In this document: positions 18,872 through 26,827 of the stretch, piece after piece
Numbering within the stretch: the first letter of the stretch is position 1
How the letters are laid out: each line of letters starts with the position of its first letter
DNA from: a virus
Taxonomy: Duplodnaviria; Caudoviricetes
Virus record (IMG/VR): IMGVR_UViG_3300048865_000015
Span: 1-51,281 of that record
DNA: 51,281 nucleotides
Reading direction: 5' to 3' (one strand)
Notes under the pieces: generated by a model
The model's input: the letters and a program-made list of their open reading frames with translations, nothing else
What the model was told of the DNA's origin: nothing
Database searches by the model: none
Made by a program: the position numbers and the translations under genes

Positions 18872-19334
18872 ACTACTGGCTTTCCTGCGCCGCGCGGGCT
18901 ATCCCTTTCTTGCGGATTGGAGCGTGGCTTTACTACGCCGCTGCCACATCTACGTTCTGCGCCGTGGTCCTGACATTCAGGCTGCGGTCTGGTTCGAGCC
19001 GATGGGCAAGACGAAAGCGGCCATGCACCTCTGCGCGGCTCCCCAGGTACGGGGACGCTGGGTCACCCCGGCGCATCTTCGTTTCCTCAGCGGGGCCGCG
19101 CGATCCCATGGTTTTCATACGGTGATTGCGGAACCGCTACCCCACCACGTGGGCTACCTAACCCGCCTGGGATTCGCCCAGGCTGGCCCCGACTTCTACC
19201 TATCCCTGTATGAGCAAGCCCAAAATCCCGAAGACCCCGGACGCCCCGCAACCGGACGCCCCGGCGGCGAAGCTTGTCCAGCCGCTGACGGACGACCCCC
19301 TGGCGGCTTTGACCAAGAAAAACAACCTGCGTAA
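18765..19334 (+). CDS. Putative GNAT-fold protein preceding virion genes (start uncertain)
   Basis: HLCAAPQVRGRW...YLTRLGF resemble GNAT motifs. Confidence 0.45.
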   Translation: MNSLVLTMPSKPYSNWRMTWTRHSGTRSKRKKSVCELLAFLRRAGYPFLADWSVALLRRCHIYVLRRGPDIQAAVWFEPMGKTKAAMHLCAAPQVRGRWVTPAHLRFLSGAARSHGFHTVIAEPLPHHVGYLTRLGFAQAGPDFYLSLYEQAQNPEDPGRPATGRPGGEACPAADGRPPGGFDQEKQPA

Positions 19335-19398
19335 GTACCTGACCGCTGGTGCCCCTGCGCCCGTGGGGGCGCCTCCGGGCGTCGGAGTGAACCTCTGA
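19210..19398 (+). CDS. Small virion assembly protein (gp7.3-like position)
   Basis: MSKPKIPK..., directly upstream of the portal. Confidence 0.6.
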   Translation: MSKPKIPKTPDAPQPDAPAAKLVQPLTDDPLAALTKKNNLRKYLTAGAPAPVGAPPGVGVNL

Positions 19399-20915
19399 AG
19401 CTCGAAGACCGCTACCGCGAGCTGTCCCCTGACCGGGATCCATACTTGCGGCGAGCCCAGGCTTGCGCGGCACTCACGGTTCCCTCCGTGTGCCCGCCTG
19501 ACGGCCAGACGCCTTCCCAGGTACTCCCTCAAACCAACACGTCCTTCGGCTACCGCGCGACCACCAACGTCGCGTCGAAGCTGATGATCGCCTTTATGCC
19601 CCCGGGCGACTCTGCGTTCAACATGAACGTGACCACGCAGAAGCTCCTGGAGGCCGGCGTTCTCTCCCCGCCGCCTGAGATCATCAAGGGGCTGGCCCAG
19701 TGCGCCCGACTCATCAACGACAAGATCGAGGCGCTCAACTGGCGGCGGCAGACCTACGTCACCATGCTCCATCTGGTGATAGCGGGGAACGTCGTCGAGT
19801 ACATCCAGCCGGATGGACGCATCAAGACATTCAGCCTGACCCAATTCGTCAACGTCCGAGACTGCGACGGTAAGGTCCTGGAGATCGTGACGGCCGAGAC
19901 CTTGAAGGTCCGGGGCCTGCCCGAGAATCTCCGCGCACTTACCGCCAAGAAGGAAGACGAGCGGGTTGTGCTGTACTCGCAATTCAAGCGGATCGACGAC
20001 GAGCACTACGCGGTCCAGCAGGACCTGGACGCAGTCAACGTTCACCCGTACACCGAGCACGAGGGCGTCATGCCTGCCAATGCTATCGCGTGGGAACTCG
20101 TTCCCGGCGAGCAATATGGCCGCTCGCATGTCGAGCAGAACTACGCGGACCTCCTGGCCCTCGACAAGACGTCCCAGCAGCTGCTGGAGTGCGGCGCTGT
20201 CGCGGCCCGAAACCTGATCTTCGTCGCGCCCAACGCGGCCGGCGGCAACCTGCGCAAGCGTATTGCGGAGGCCCGCAACGGATCCGTCCTGTCGGGACGC
20301 GGCGGTGCTCAGGGCGACGTCCAGCCCTTCCAGTTCAACAACCAGTCTGCGATGCAGGCGCTCAACGTCGAGAAGCAGGACCTCAAGCGTGACCTCTCGG
20401 TCGCGTTCCTCCTGACCAACGACCTGCGGCGCGATGCAGAGCGCGTGACGGCCTACGAGCTTCAGATGCTGGTCACCGAGATCGAGCAGTCCATGGGTGG
20501 CGTTTACAGCTACCTGGGACCCGAGGTCGTCGGCTGGCGCATCAAGAAGCTCATGGCGATCATGCAGCAGAAGAACCAGTTGCCGCAGATAGGCGACGGC
20601 TCCACGCAGATTGTCGTGACCACGGGCCTCGCCGCCCTGGGCAACGATGCGAAGCTGAAGAAGGTCCAGTCCTTCCTGTCGCTCCTGAACGAGACGCCCC
20701 AGGCGTTCCAGCAGGAGGCCGCAAGCTACGTCAAGTTCGACACGATCCTCACGCCCGCCGCTGTAGCCCTCGGGTTCCCTGACTCCATCAAGACGGCCGA
20801 TCAGGTCGCCCAGGAGCAGCAGGCCCAGGCCCAGCAGGAGATGGCTTCCCAAGCAATCCAGCGAGCCGCCGCGCCTGTCGCGGGCGCGATGGCCGCTAAC
20901 GCAACCGCTCAATGA
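19395..20915 (+). CDS. Portal / head-tail connector (T7 gp8-like); probable CTG start
   Basis: NVASKLMIAFMPP, GEQYGRSHVE, RDAERVTAYE; ORF track starts at TTG 19446. Confidence 0.92.
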   Translation: MKLEDRYRELSPDRDPYLRRAQACAALTVPSVCPPDGQTPSQVLPQTNTSFGYRATTNVASKLMIAFMPPGDSAFNMNVTTQKLLEAGVLSPPPEIIKGLAQCARLINDKIEALNWRRQTYVTMLHLVIAGNVVEYIQPDGRIKTFSLTQFVNVRDCDGKVLEIVTAETLKVRGLPENLRALTAKKEDERVVLYSQFKRIDDEHYAVQQDLDAVNVHPYTEHEGVMPANAIAWELVPGEQYGRSHVEQNYADLLALDKTSQQLLECGAVAARNLIFVAPNAAGGNLRKRIAEARNGSVLSGRGGAQGDVQPFQFNNQSAMQALNVEKQDLKRDLSVAFLLTNDLRRDAERVTAYELQMLVTEIEQSMGGVYSYLGPEVVGWRIKKLMAIMQQKNQLPQIGDGSTQIVVTTGLAALGNDAKLKKVQSFLSLLNETPQAFQQEAASYVKFDTILTPAAVALGFPDSIKTADQVAQEQQAQAQQEMASQAIQRAAAPVAGAMAANATAQ

Positions 20916-21718
20916 CGACTCCCAATCAAGCCCCCCAAGGCGAGCAGCAGCCCGCCGCCCCAGCCCCGGACAGTCCCGAGTACATCGCTAAGATGGTCTC
21001 GGCATTCGAGAACCAGGACCCCAACGCGGCCCCGGCCGCAGCCCCTGCGAGTCCCGAGACCCCCAAGGACCCCCCGGCCGAAGCGGACCCCAACGCGCCC
21101 GCCCCGAAGCTGACCGACGACCCGGACGCCCCGAAAGAGGATCCGAAGCCGGAGGACAAGCCCAAGGACGCCGAGAAGACCGAAGAGAAATCCGACGACG
21201 AAGCGAAGGAACCCACGCCGTGGGCCAAGGCATTCGAAGACGGCACGTTTCTCAACGAGTTCAACGCCGAGAAGCCCAGCGAAGACTTCGTCAAGAATCT
21301 CGCCGGTGCGCTGGGTCTCACGACCGAGCAGGTCACGCAGATGCAGGCGCAGTTCCGCGCCGGTCAGCTGGCCCTGGTCGAGCAGACCAACGCGAAGCTG
21401 TACGAGGCGGCCGGCGGCAAGGAAGGCTTCAACCAGTTGATCGACTGGGGCCGGAAGAACCTGACGCCCGAGCAACGCGCGTTCTACGACCAGCAACTGA
21501 ATGGTCCTGACGCCATCGCCACCGTGCAGCTCCTGCGTCAACGCATGAATGTCGGCCGGGATCCCCAGCTGACACAAGTCAACGGGGGCGCAAGCGGCCC
21601 TGTGACGGCGTTCCGCGACCAAGCCGAAATGATCGCGGCAATGTCGGATCCGAAGTATCACTCGTCGCCGGCCTATCGGGCTGACGTCGAGGCCCGCATG
21701 CGTATCAGTCCCTTCTAA
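20912..21718 (+). CDS. Capsid scaffolding protein
   Basis: AGGKEGFNQLIDWG, AAMSDPKY..SPAYRADVE. Confidence 0.88.
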   Translation: MTTPNQAPQGEQQPAAPAPDSPEYIAKMVSAFENQDPNAAPAAAPASPETPKDPPAEADPNAPAPKLTDDPDAPKEDPKPEDKPKDAEKTEEKSDDEAKEPTPWAKAFEDGTFLNEFNAEKPSEDFVKNLAGALGLTTEQVTQMQAQFRAGQLALVEQTNAKLYEAAGGKEGFNQLIDWGRKNLTPEQRAFYDQQLNGPDAIATVQLLRQRMNVGRDPQLTQVNGGASGPVTAFRDQAEMIAAMSDPKYHSSPAYRADVEARMRISPF

Positions 21719-21725
21719 GTTCCAT

Positions 21726-21800
21726 TCCGAAGTAGCTCAGTGGTAGAGCCCCCGGCTGTTAACCGGGCGGTCCTTGGTTCGATCCCAAGCTTCGGAGCCA
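21726..21800 (+). tRNA. tRNA-Asn(GTT), phage-encoded
   Basis: Acceptor TCCGAAG/CTTCGGA, anticodon arm cccgg-ctGTTaa-ccggg, T arm cttgg-ttcgatc-ccaag, encoded CCA. Confidence 0.92.
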
Positions 21801-21879
21801 TCCCCCCTTCTGTTCCGCCCCTCGCTCTCCATTCCCCCGGAGACAGGCGGAGCTATCCCTCCCTCCATACGAAGACTCA

Positions 21880-22872
21880 ATGACGTTTTCTGCTAACAAC
21901 GGCAATCCCGTTGCTTTCGGTACTGGTCAATCGAACCCGGCCGATGATCGTTCCCTGTTCCTGAAGCTGTTCGGCGGCGAGGTCCTGACCTCGTTCACCG
22001 CCGCGACGCTGACCAAGGGCAAGTTCCGCGAGAAGAACATCTCCGGCGGCAAGTCGTTCCAGTTCCCGCGCACCGGCACGTCGATGGCCGAGTACCAACA
22101 GCGCGGCCAGGAAATGCTGGGCAACCCGTTCGCTACCGGCGAGGTGGAGATCACCGTCGACGGTCTGCTGACTGCCTCGCACGCCCTGTACGACATGGAC
22201 GTCGCGATGTCGCAATTCGACGTCCGTGGTCCCATGACGCAAGACATGGGTCAGGCCCTGGCCCGTGTGTACGACGCCAACAACTACCGCTCGGTGGCCC
22301 TGGCCGCTCGCACGGCACCTGTGGGTCCGTTCCCCGGCGGCACCCGGGTTGTCAACGCCGGTCTCCTGACCTCCGGCGCCATCGACGGCACCGTGTGGAT
22401 GGACCAGATCCGCGTCGCCAAGCTGGCCCTGCAAGCCAAGAACGTGCCCCCGGGTACGACCATCTACATGGCGGTTCCCTACGCCGTGTTCGACGCGATC
22501 AAGTACGCCCGCGACTCCGTGTCCGGCCAGTACCTGAACTTGTCGACCATCATCCAGCTGGCCTCGGCCGGCGTGGGCTCGGCGGTTACCGAAGCCATCC
22601 GTTTCGAGGGCGTGACGATCTACCCGACGTCGCTGATCCCGAACACGAATGACACGGCGAACCAAGCCGTGTGGTCGAAGTACCGCGCGGACTACTCCAA
22701 GACCTCCGCCGTGATGTGGGCGCCGGATGCCGTTGGCGTCCTGACCCTGAAGGGCATCGGCGTGGAAACCTACCGCGACGTTCGCCGTCAGGAAGACTTC
22801 ATCGTGGCGAAGCAGGCCACGGGACACGGCACCCTGCGTGCTGAATTGGCTGTGGAATTCGCCACGGCCTAA
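21880..22872 (+). CDS. Major capsid protein (T7 gp10-like)
   Basis: LFLKLFGGEVLTSF, ISGGKSFQFP, GHGTLRAELA. Confidence 0.95.
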   Translation: MTFSANNGNPVAFGTGQSNPADDRSLFLKLFGGEVLTSFTAATLTKGKFREKNISGGKSFQFPRTGTSMAEYQQRGQEMLGNPFATGEVEITVDGLLTASHALYDMDVAMSQFDVRGPMTQDMGQALARVYDANNYRSVALAARTAPVGPFPGGTRVVNAGLLTSGAIDGTVWMDQIRVAKLALQAKNVPPGTTIYMAVPYAVFDAIKYARDSVSGQYLNLSTIIQLASAGVGSAVTEAIRFEGVTIYPTSLIPNTNDTANQAVWSKYRADYSKTSAVMWAPDAVGVLTLKGIGVETYRDVRRQEDFIVAKQATGHGTLRAELAVEFATA

Positions 22873-22877
22873 CCCTC

Positions 22878-22917
22878 ATGGGGATCACTGATTAACTTCG
22901 GTGGTCCCCATTTTTTT
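22878..22917 (+). terminator. Terminator after the capsid gene (T-phi position)
   Basis: atggggatcactga...tcggtggtccccat followed by a T-run. Confidence 0.85.
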
Positions 22918-22930
22918 CGATTCTTTCCCA

Positions 22931-23512
22931 ATGTCTATGACCCGACTCGAAGCAGTCAACCAGATGCTTCAAGCGGTAGGCGAGTCCGTTATCCTCGTCG
23001 AGGTCGCAGGTGCCGGCGACTACGCCAACTGTTCTTCGATCATCGACCAGATCACGAAGCAGGTATTGGCAAAGGATTGGCACTTCAATACCGAGACCCG
23101 GACGTTCACTCCGGCGTCCGATGGGACCATTGCGATCCCCCCGGAAGTCCTGAAGATCGACCCCGTCCGCAGCATCGACGACTTCGTCCAGCGGCAGGGC
23201 CAGCTCTACGACCGGCGCAACTGCACCTTCGTGTTCTCCGGGCCTGTCCAGTGCAACGTCACCCTGGCGTTCGCATTCGAGGACTGTCCCTACCACGTCC
23301 AGCAGAAGATCGTCGCTGACGCGGCGGCGAAGTACCAGCGCAACTACGTGGGCTCCACCACCGCCGACAAGTTCCTCCAGGAGGACCGCGCGGAGGCCGG
23401 CGCCGACACCGAGGACGCCGAGTCCACCGTCGACGACTACAACATGCTGACGGACAACCCTGACCTCCAGTGGCTGCACCGCCGCACCTTCACCAACGGG
23501 ACGATCCTCTAA
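22931..23512 (+). CDS. Tail tubular protein A (gp11-like)
   Basis: TRLEAVNQMLQAVGE, WHFNTE, LYDR. Confidence 0.9.
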   Translation: MSMTRLEAVNQMLQAVGESVILVEVAGAGDYANCSSIIDQITKQVLAKDWHFNTETRTFTPASDGTIAIPPEVLKIDPVRSIDDFVQRQGQLYDRRNCTFVFSGPVQCNVTLAFAFEDCPYHVQQKIVADAAAKYQRNYVGSTTADKFLQEDRAEAGADTEDAESTVDDYNMLTDNPDLQWLHRRTFTNGTIL

Positions 23513-25848
23513 TGCCGATGGACTCCCTGTTGCAGCCCCGCGTAGGGTCGCTGCATGCAGGTGTGAGCCGGCAGGCTCCCCTGCTCCGGTCGCCGTCCCA
23601 GATGCACGAGATCGAGAACTTCCTGCCCTCCGTGGACATCGGCGGCCTCGTCGACCGCGTGGGGACCTCGGTCATCTCCATGCTGGGCTCGTCGGTCTAC
23701 CAGACCTCCGGGCATTTCATGTTCCGCACGTCGGACAACCAGCGCTGGGTGTTCCTCCTGAAGAACCAGGCCGGCGGCGGTAGCGGCTTCGAAGTCCGCA
23801 ACCTGACCAACGGCGCGACCGCAGAAATCACCGTGGGACCCTACGTGCAGTCCTACGTGGGCTACTCGACCAACCTGCGCTACCTCCCGATCAAGGACAC
23901 CGTCCTGATCCTGAACCCCGCAGTGACGGCCCGCTGGAATCCCGTGGGCCAATCTGGCGCGGGCACGCGCATGTACGTGACCATCAACAAGCTCTCCAGC
24001 TCGCGGCAGACGTTCTACCTGAACTCGGCCGTGGGCAGCGCCAACGTGGTCTACGACGGCTCAGGCGGCGCCAAGACGCGCGACTGGGTCGCCCAGCAGC
24101 TCCAGAATTCCGTGGGCGCCAACATGCCCGGCCTGGGCTGCTCGCGCATCAACAACGTCCTGAAGATCCAGGGACCCGCCGACATCATCGGCTCCATCCT
24201 GGGCGGCAACGACTGGGACCAGACGGCCATGACCATCATCAAGGGCCGCGTGACCGCAACGTCGGACCTGCCCGCCTCGTTCTTCCATGGTGAGGCGCTG
24301 ATGGTCGACCTGGGATCCGGCGACGCCAAGGCGGCCTACTGGGTCACCTACGACCAGACGACGAACACCTACAAGGAGACGTCGTGGGGCGACAACTTCG
24401 TCCCGACCGGATCGCTGGCCCAGAACACGATGCCTATCCGCCTGCACCAGACCGGCCCGAACTCCTTCGAGCTTCAGCCGGTGGACTGGGAGCAGCGCAA
24501 GGTGGGCGACGACAACTCCAACCCGCCCCCGCCGTTCATCGACTCCACGATCACCGACATGGCGCTGTGGAAGGGTCGCCTGTGGCTGGCCTCGGGGGAC
24601 ACGGTCTACTCGTCGCAGCCTGACGACTACTTCAACTTCTGGAGTTCCAGCGCCCGGCAAAGCCTGGACTCGGACCCGGTGAGCTGCTCGACGGACGCGG
24701 AGCTTGGCGCCATCACGCACCTCGCCTCGTTCCACGATAGCCTGATGGTGTTCACCGCGAACGCCCAATGCACGCTCGACGGCTCCCAGCCGGTCAAGCC
24801 CAGCACGGCGTCTCTCGGGACCCCGACCCGATACGACGTGGATCCCCTGTGCGTCCCCGTGGTCATCGGTGATGCCATGTACTACACCGGGACGTCCGAG
24901 GGCCGCTCGGTCCTCTGGGAATACCAGTACCAATACCAGACCCAGAACAACTACGCGGAAGACCTGAGCAAGCATGTGCCCCGGTACTGCCCCGGAGACA
25001 TCCGGCGTATCGACGGCAGCGCCCAGTCCGGTCGCGTATTCATGTGGTCGGCTGCGGATCCGGTTCGCCTGTACGTGCAGACCTCGTACTGGCAGGAACA
25101 GCAGCGCAAGCAGAACGCATGGTGCAAGGTGTCCTTCTCCAACGTGACGAGCATCTGGCATCACTGGGTCGACGAAGGGACGCTGTACGTCATGGGGACT
25201 GTCGGCGGCTACGTCGCCCTGCTGTCCGCCCCGGTCGATAGCAACCTGGGCGAGAACCCGGACACCGACGTGCGCATCGACATGCGACAGACCGTGCAGG
25301 TCACGTGGAACGCGACGCTGAATCGTAGCGAGATCGCCATGCCCGCCGGCATGTATCAGGTGACCGGCGCCGTGGTACTGGAGCCCAACGCGGGCGGCTG
25401 GTACACCGAGCACGACATCACCGTCGTATGGAACGGCCAGCAATGGATCGGGTACTTCCCGCAGCAGGTCGACGTCACGAAGCACTACCTGCTGGGCGTG
25501 CGATTCAACCGCTCGTTCACCTTCTCGCCCTTCTACCCTGCGGTAGGCGACAGCCAAACGCCGATGGGGCGGCTCCAGGTCCACAAGGTACACATGGACT
25601 GCCTGAAGTCCGGGGACTTCACCGGGACGGTCACGCGACCCGACCGCATCCCCATGACTGTCCAGCAGTCCCCGCGCACCGTGGGCGCACCGCTGGTCCC
25701 CAACAACGGCGAGAACTTGCAGTACGCCATCCCCTTCAACGCACAAGGCCACAAGGCCCAGCTCACCATCACGACGAACTCGTCGGCCCCGATGGTGGTC
25801 ACTGGGTACACGCTGGCCGCGCGGTACTCCAACCTGTTCCAGTCGTAA
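23512..25848 (+). CDS. Tail tubular protein B (gp12-like)
   Basis: GVSRQ, WEQRKVGDDNSNPPPPF, DDYFNFW, QNAWCK. Confidence 0.9.
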   Translation: MPMDSLLQPRVGSLHAGVSRQAPLLRSPSQMHEIENFLPSVDIGGLVDRVGTSVISMLGSSVYQTSGHFMFRTSDNQRWVFLLKNQAGGGSGFEVRNLTNGATAEITVGPYVQSYVGYSTNLRYLPIKDTVLILNPAVTARWNPVGQSGAGTRMYVTINKLSSSRQTFYLNSAVGSANVVYDGSGGAKTRDWVAQQLQNSVGANMPGLGCSRINNVLKIQGPADIIGSILGGNDWDQTAMTIIKGRVTATSDLPASFFHGEALMVDLGSGDAKAAYWVTYDQTTNTYKETSWGDNFVPTGSLAQNTMPIRLHQTGPNSFELQPVDWEQRKVGDDNSNPPPPFIDSTITDMALWKGRLWLASGDTVYSSQPDDYFNFWSSSARQSLDSDPVSCSTDAELGAITHLASFHDSLMVFTANAQCTLDGSQPVKPSTASLGTPTRYDVDPLCVPVVIGDAMYYTGTSEGRSVLWEYQYQYQTQNNYAEDLSKHVPRYCPGDIRRIDGSAQSGRVFMWSAADPVRLYVQTSYWQEQQRKQNAWCKVSFSNVTSIWHHWVDEGTLYVMGTVGGYVALLSAPVDSNLGENPDTDVRIDMRQTVQVTWNATLNRSEIAMPAGMYQVTGAVVLEPNAGGWYTEHDITVVWNGQQWIGYFPQQVDVTKHYLLGVRFNRSFTFSPFYPAVGDSQTPMGRLQVHKVHMDCLKSGDFTGTVTRPDRIPMTVQQSPRTVGAPLVPNNGENLQYAIPFNAQGHKAQLTITTNSSAPMVVTGYTLAARYSNLFQS

Positions 25849-26396
25849 TGATCCACATCACAGCCAAGGCGCACCACGCCCGTATCGTTGCTCAGAACCT
25901 GAGAACGGAGGACCAGCGAGAGCTGGCCCTTGCGTGTCCGGGCAGGGATCCGGTCGAGGTCGTCCTTGGCCTGTGGGTGGACTCGATTGTCTCGAAGGTC
26001 TTCCTGACCGACGACGGCCGATGCGCCGCCGTATGGGGCGTATACCCGGTCCCGGGGCATCCTGGGGTCGGCTCCATATGGCTGGTGGCAACCCCCGCCA
26101 TCAAGGACATCGCCCTCCCATTCCTGCGTGAGTGCCACCGGTCTATCGACGGCGCCCACGATCACTTCCCGGTTCTCGTATGCACCCCGTGGCGCGAGAA
26201 CTCCCTCCACCTCAAGTGGCTCCAGTGGTGCGGCTTCACGCCCACCGACATGGGCCACGAACATTTCATAGCTTACTCGCATGTGCGGACCCCTAGTGGT
26301 GCCTCTCATCATGCTGGCGGTCACTGCGGCGTCAGCTGTGATGCAGAACAACCAGCAGAACAAGGCAATCGAGGCTCAAGCCAAGAGCCAGAATAA
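25848..26396 (+). CDS. gp13-like protein (internal virion protein A position)
   Basis: NLRTEDQREL, N..HLKWLQWCGF; synteny. Confidence 0.7.
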   Translation: MIHITAKAHHARIVAQNLRTEDQRELALACPGRDPVEVVLGLWVDSIVSKVFLTDDGRCAAVWGVYPVPGHPGVGSIWLVATPAIKDIALPFLRECHRSIDGAHDHFPVLVCTPWRENSLHLKWLQWCGFTPTDMGHEHFIAYSHVRTPSGASHHAGGHCGVSCDAEQPAEQGNRGSSQEPE

Positions 26397-26826
26397 GCAG
26401 GTCGAAGCCGGCTACATGGCGAACCAGCAGGCGGCGCAAGCCGCGCAGGCCCAGGCGTTCGAAGAACGCACCGACCGCGCCAACGAGGCGCAGCGTCAAC
26501 TGGCGATGGCCCGCGTGGCGGCTGCTGAAGGTCGCGGATCCCTGGCTTCCATGGCAATCAACATCACCGGCTCCGAAGCCGACGACCTCTCGCGCATCGA
26601 CGCCTCCACGAAGAACCAGCTCGGCTCCCTCCGGGACCGCGACGCCGCCCTCCAGGCTGGCGCCGTGGACCAGATGTCGGCCCTGCAAGTCCAGGGCAAT
26701 GCGTCGCAGCTCGGCGCCGGCCTGGGCGTGGCTCAGGGCGCGATGTCTGCGGCGGCGATGTACTACGGCAACACGTCGAAGAACAACCTCGCCCAGAACA
26801 ACCGACCAACCTTAAGCGGAGGCTGA
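26281..26826 (+). CDS. Internal virion protein (gp14-like)
   Basis: MCGP start, Ala/Gln-rich; synteny. Confidence 0.75.
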   Translation: MCGPLVVPLIMLAVTAASAVMQNNQQNKAIEAQAKSQNKQVEAGYMANQQAAQAAQAQAFEERTDRANEAQRQLAMARVAAAEGRGSLASMAINITGSEADDLSRIDASTKNQLGSLRDRDAALQAGAVDQMSALQVQGNASQLGAGLGVAQGAMSAAAMYYGNTSKNNLAQNNRPTLSGG

Positions 26827-26827
26827 T

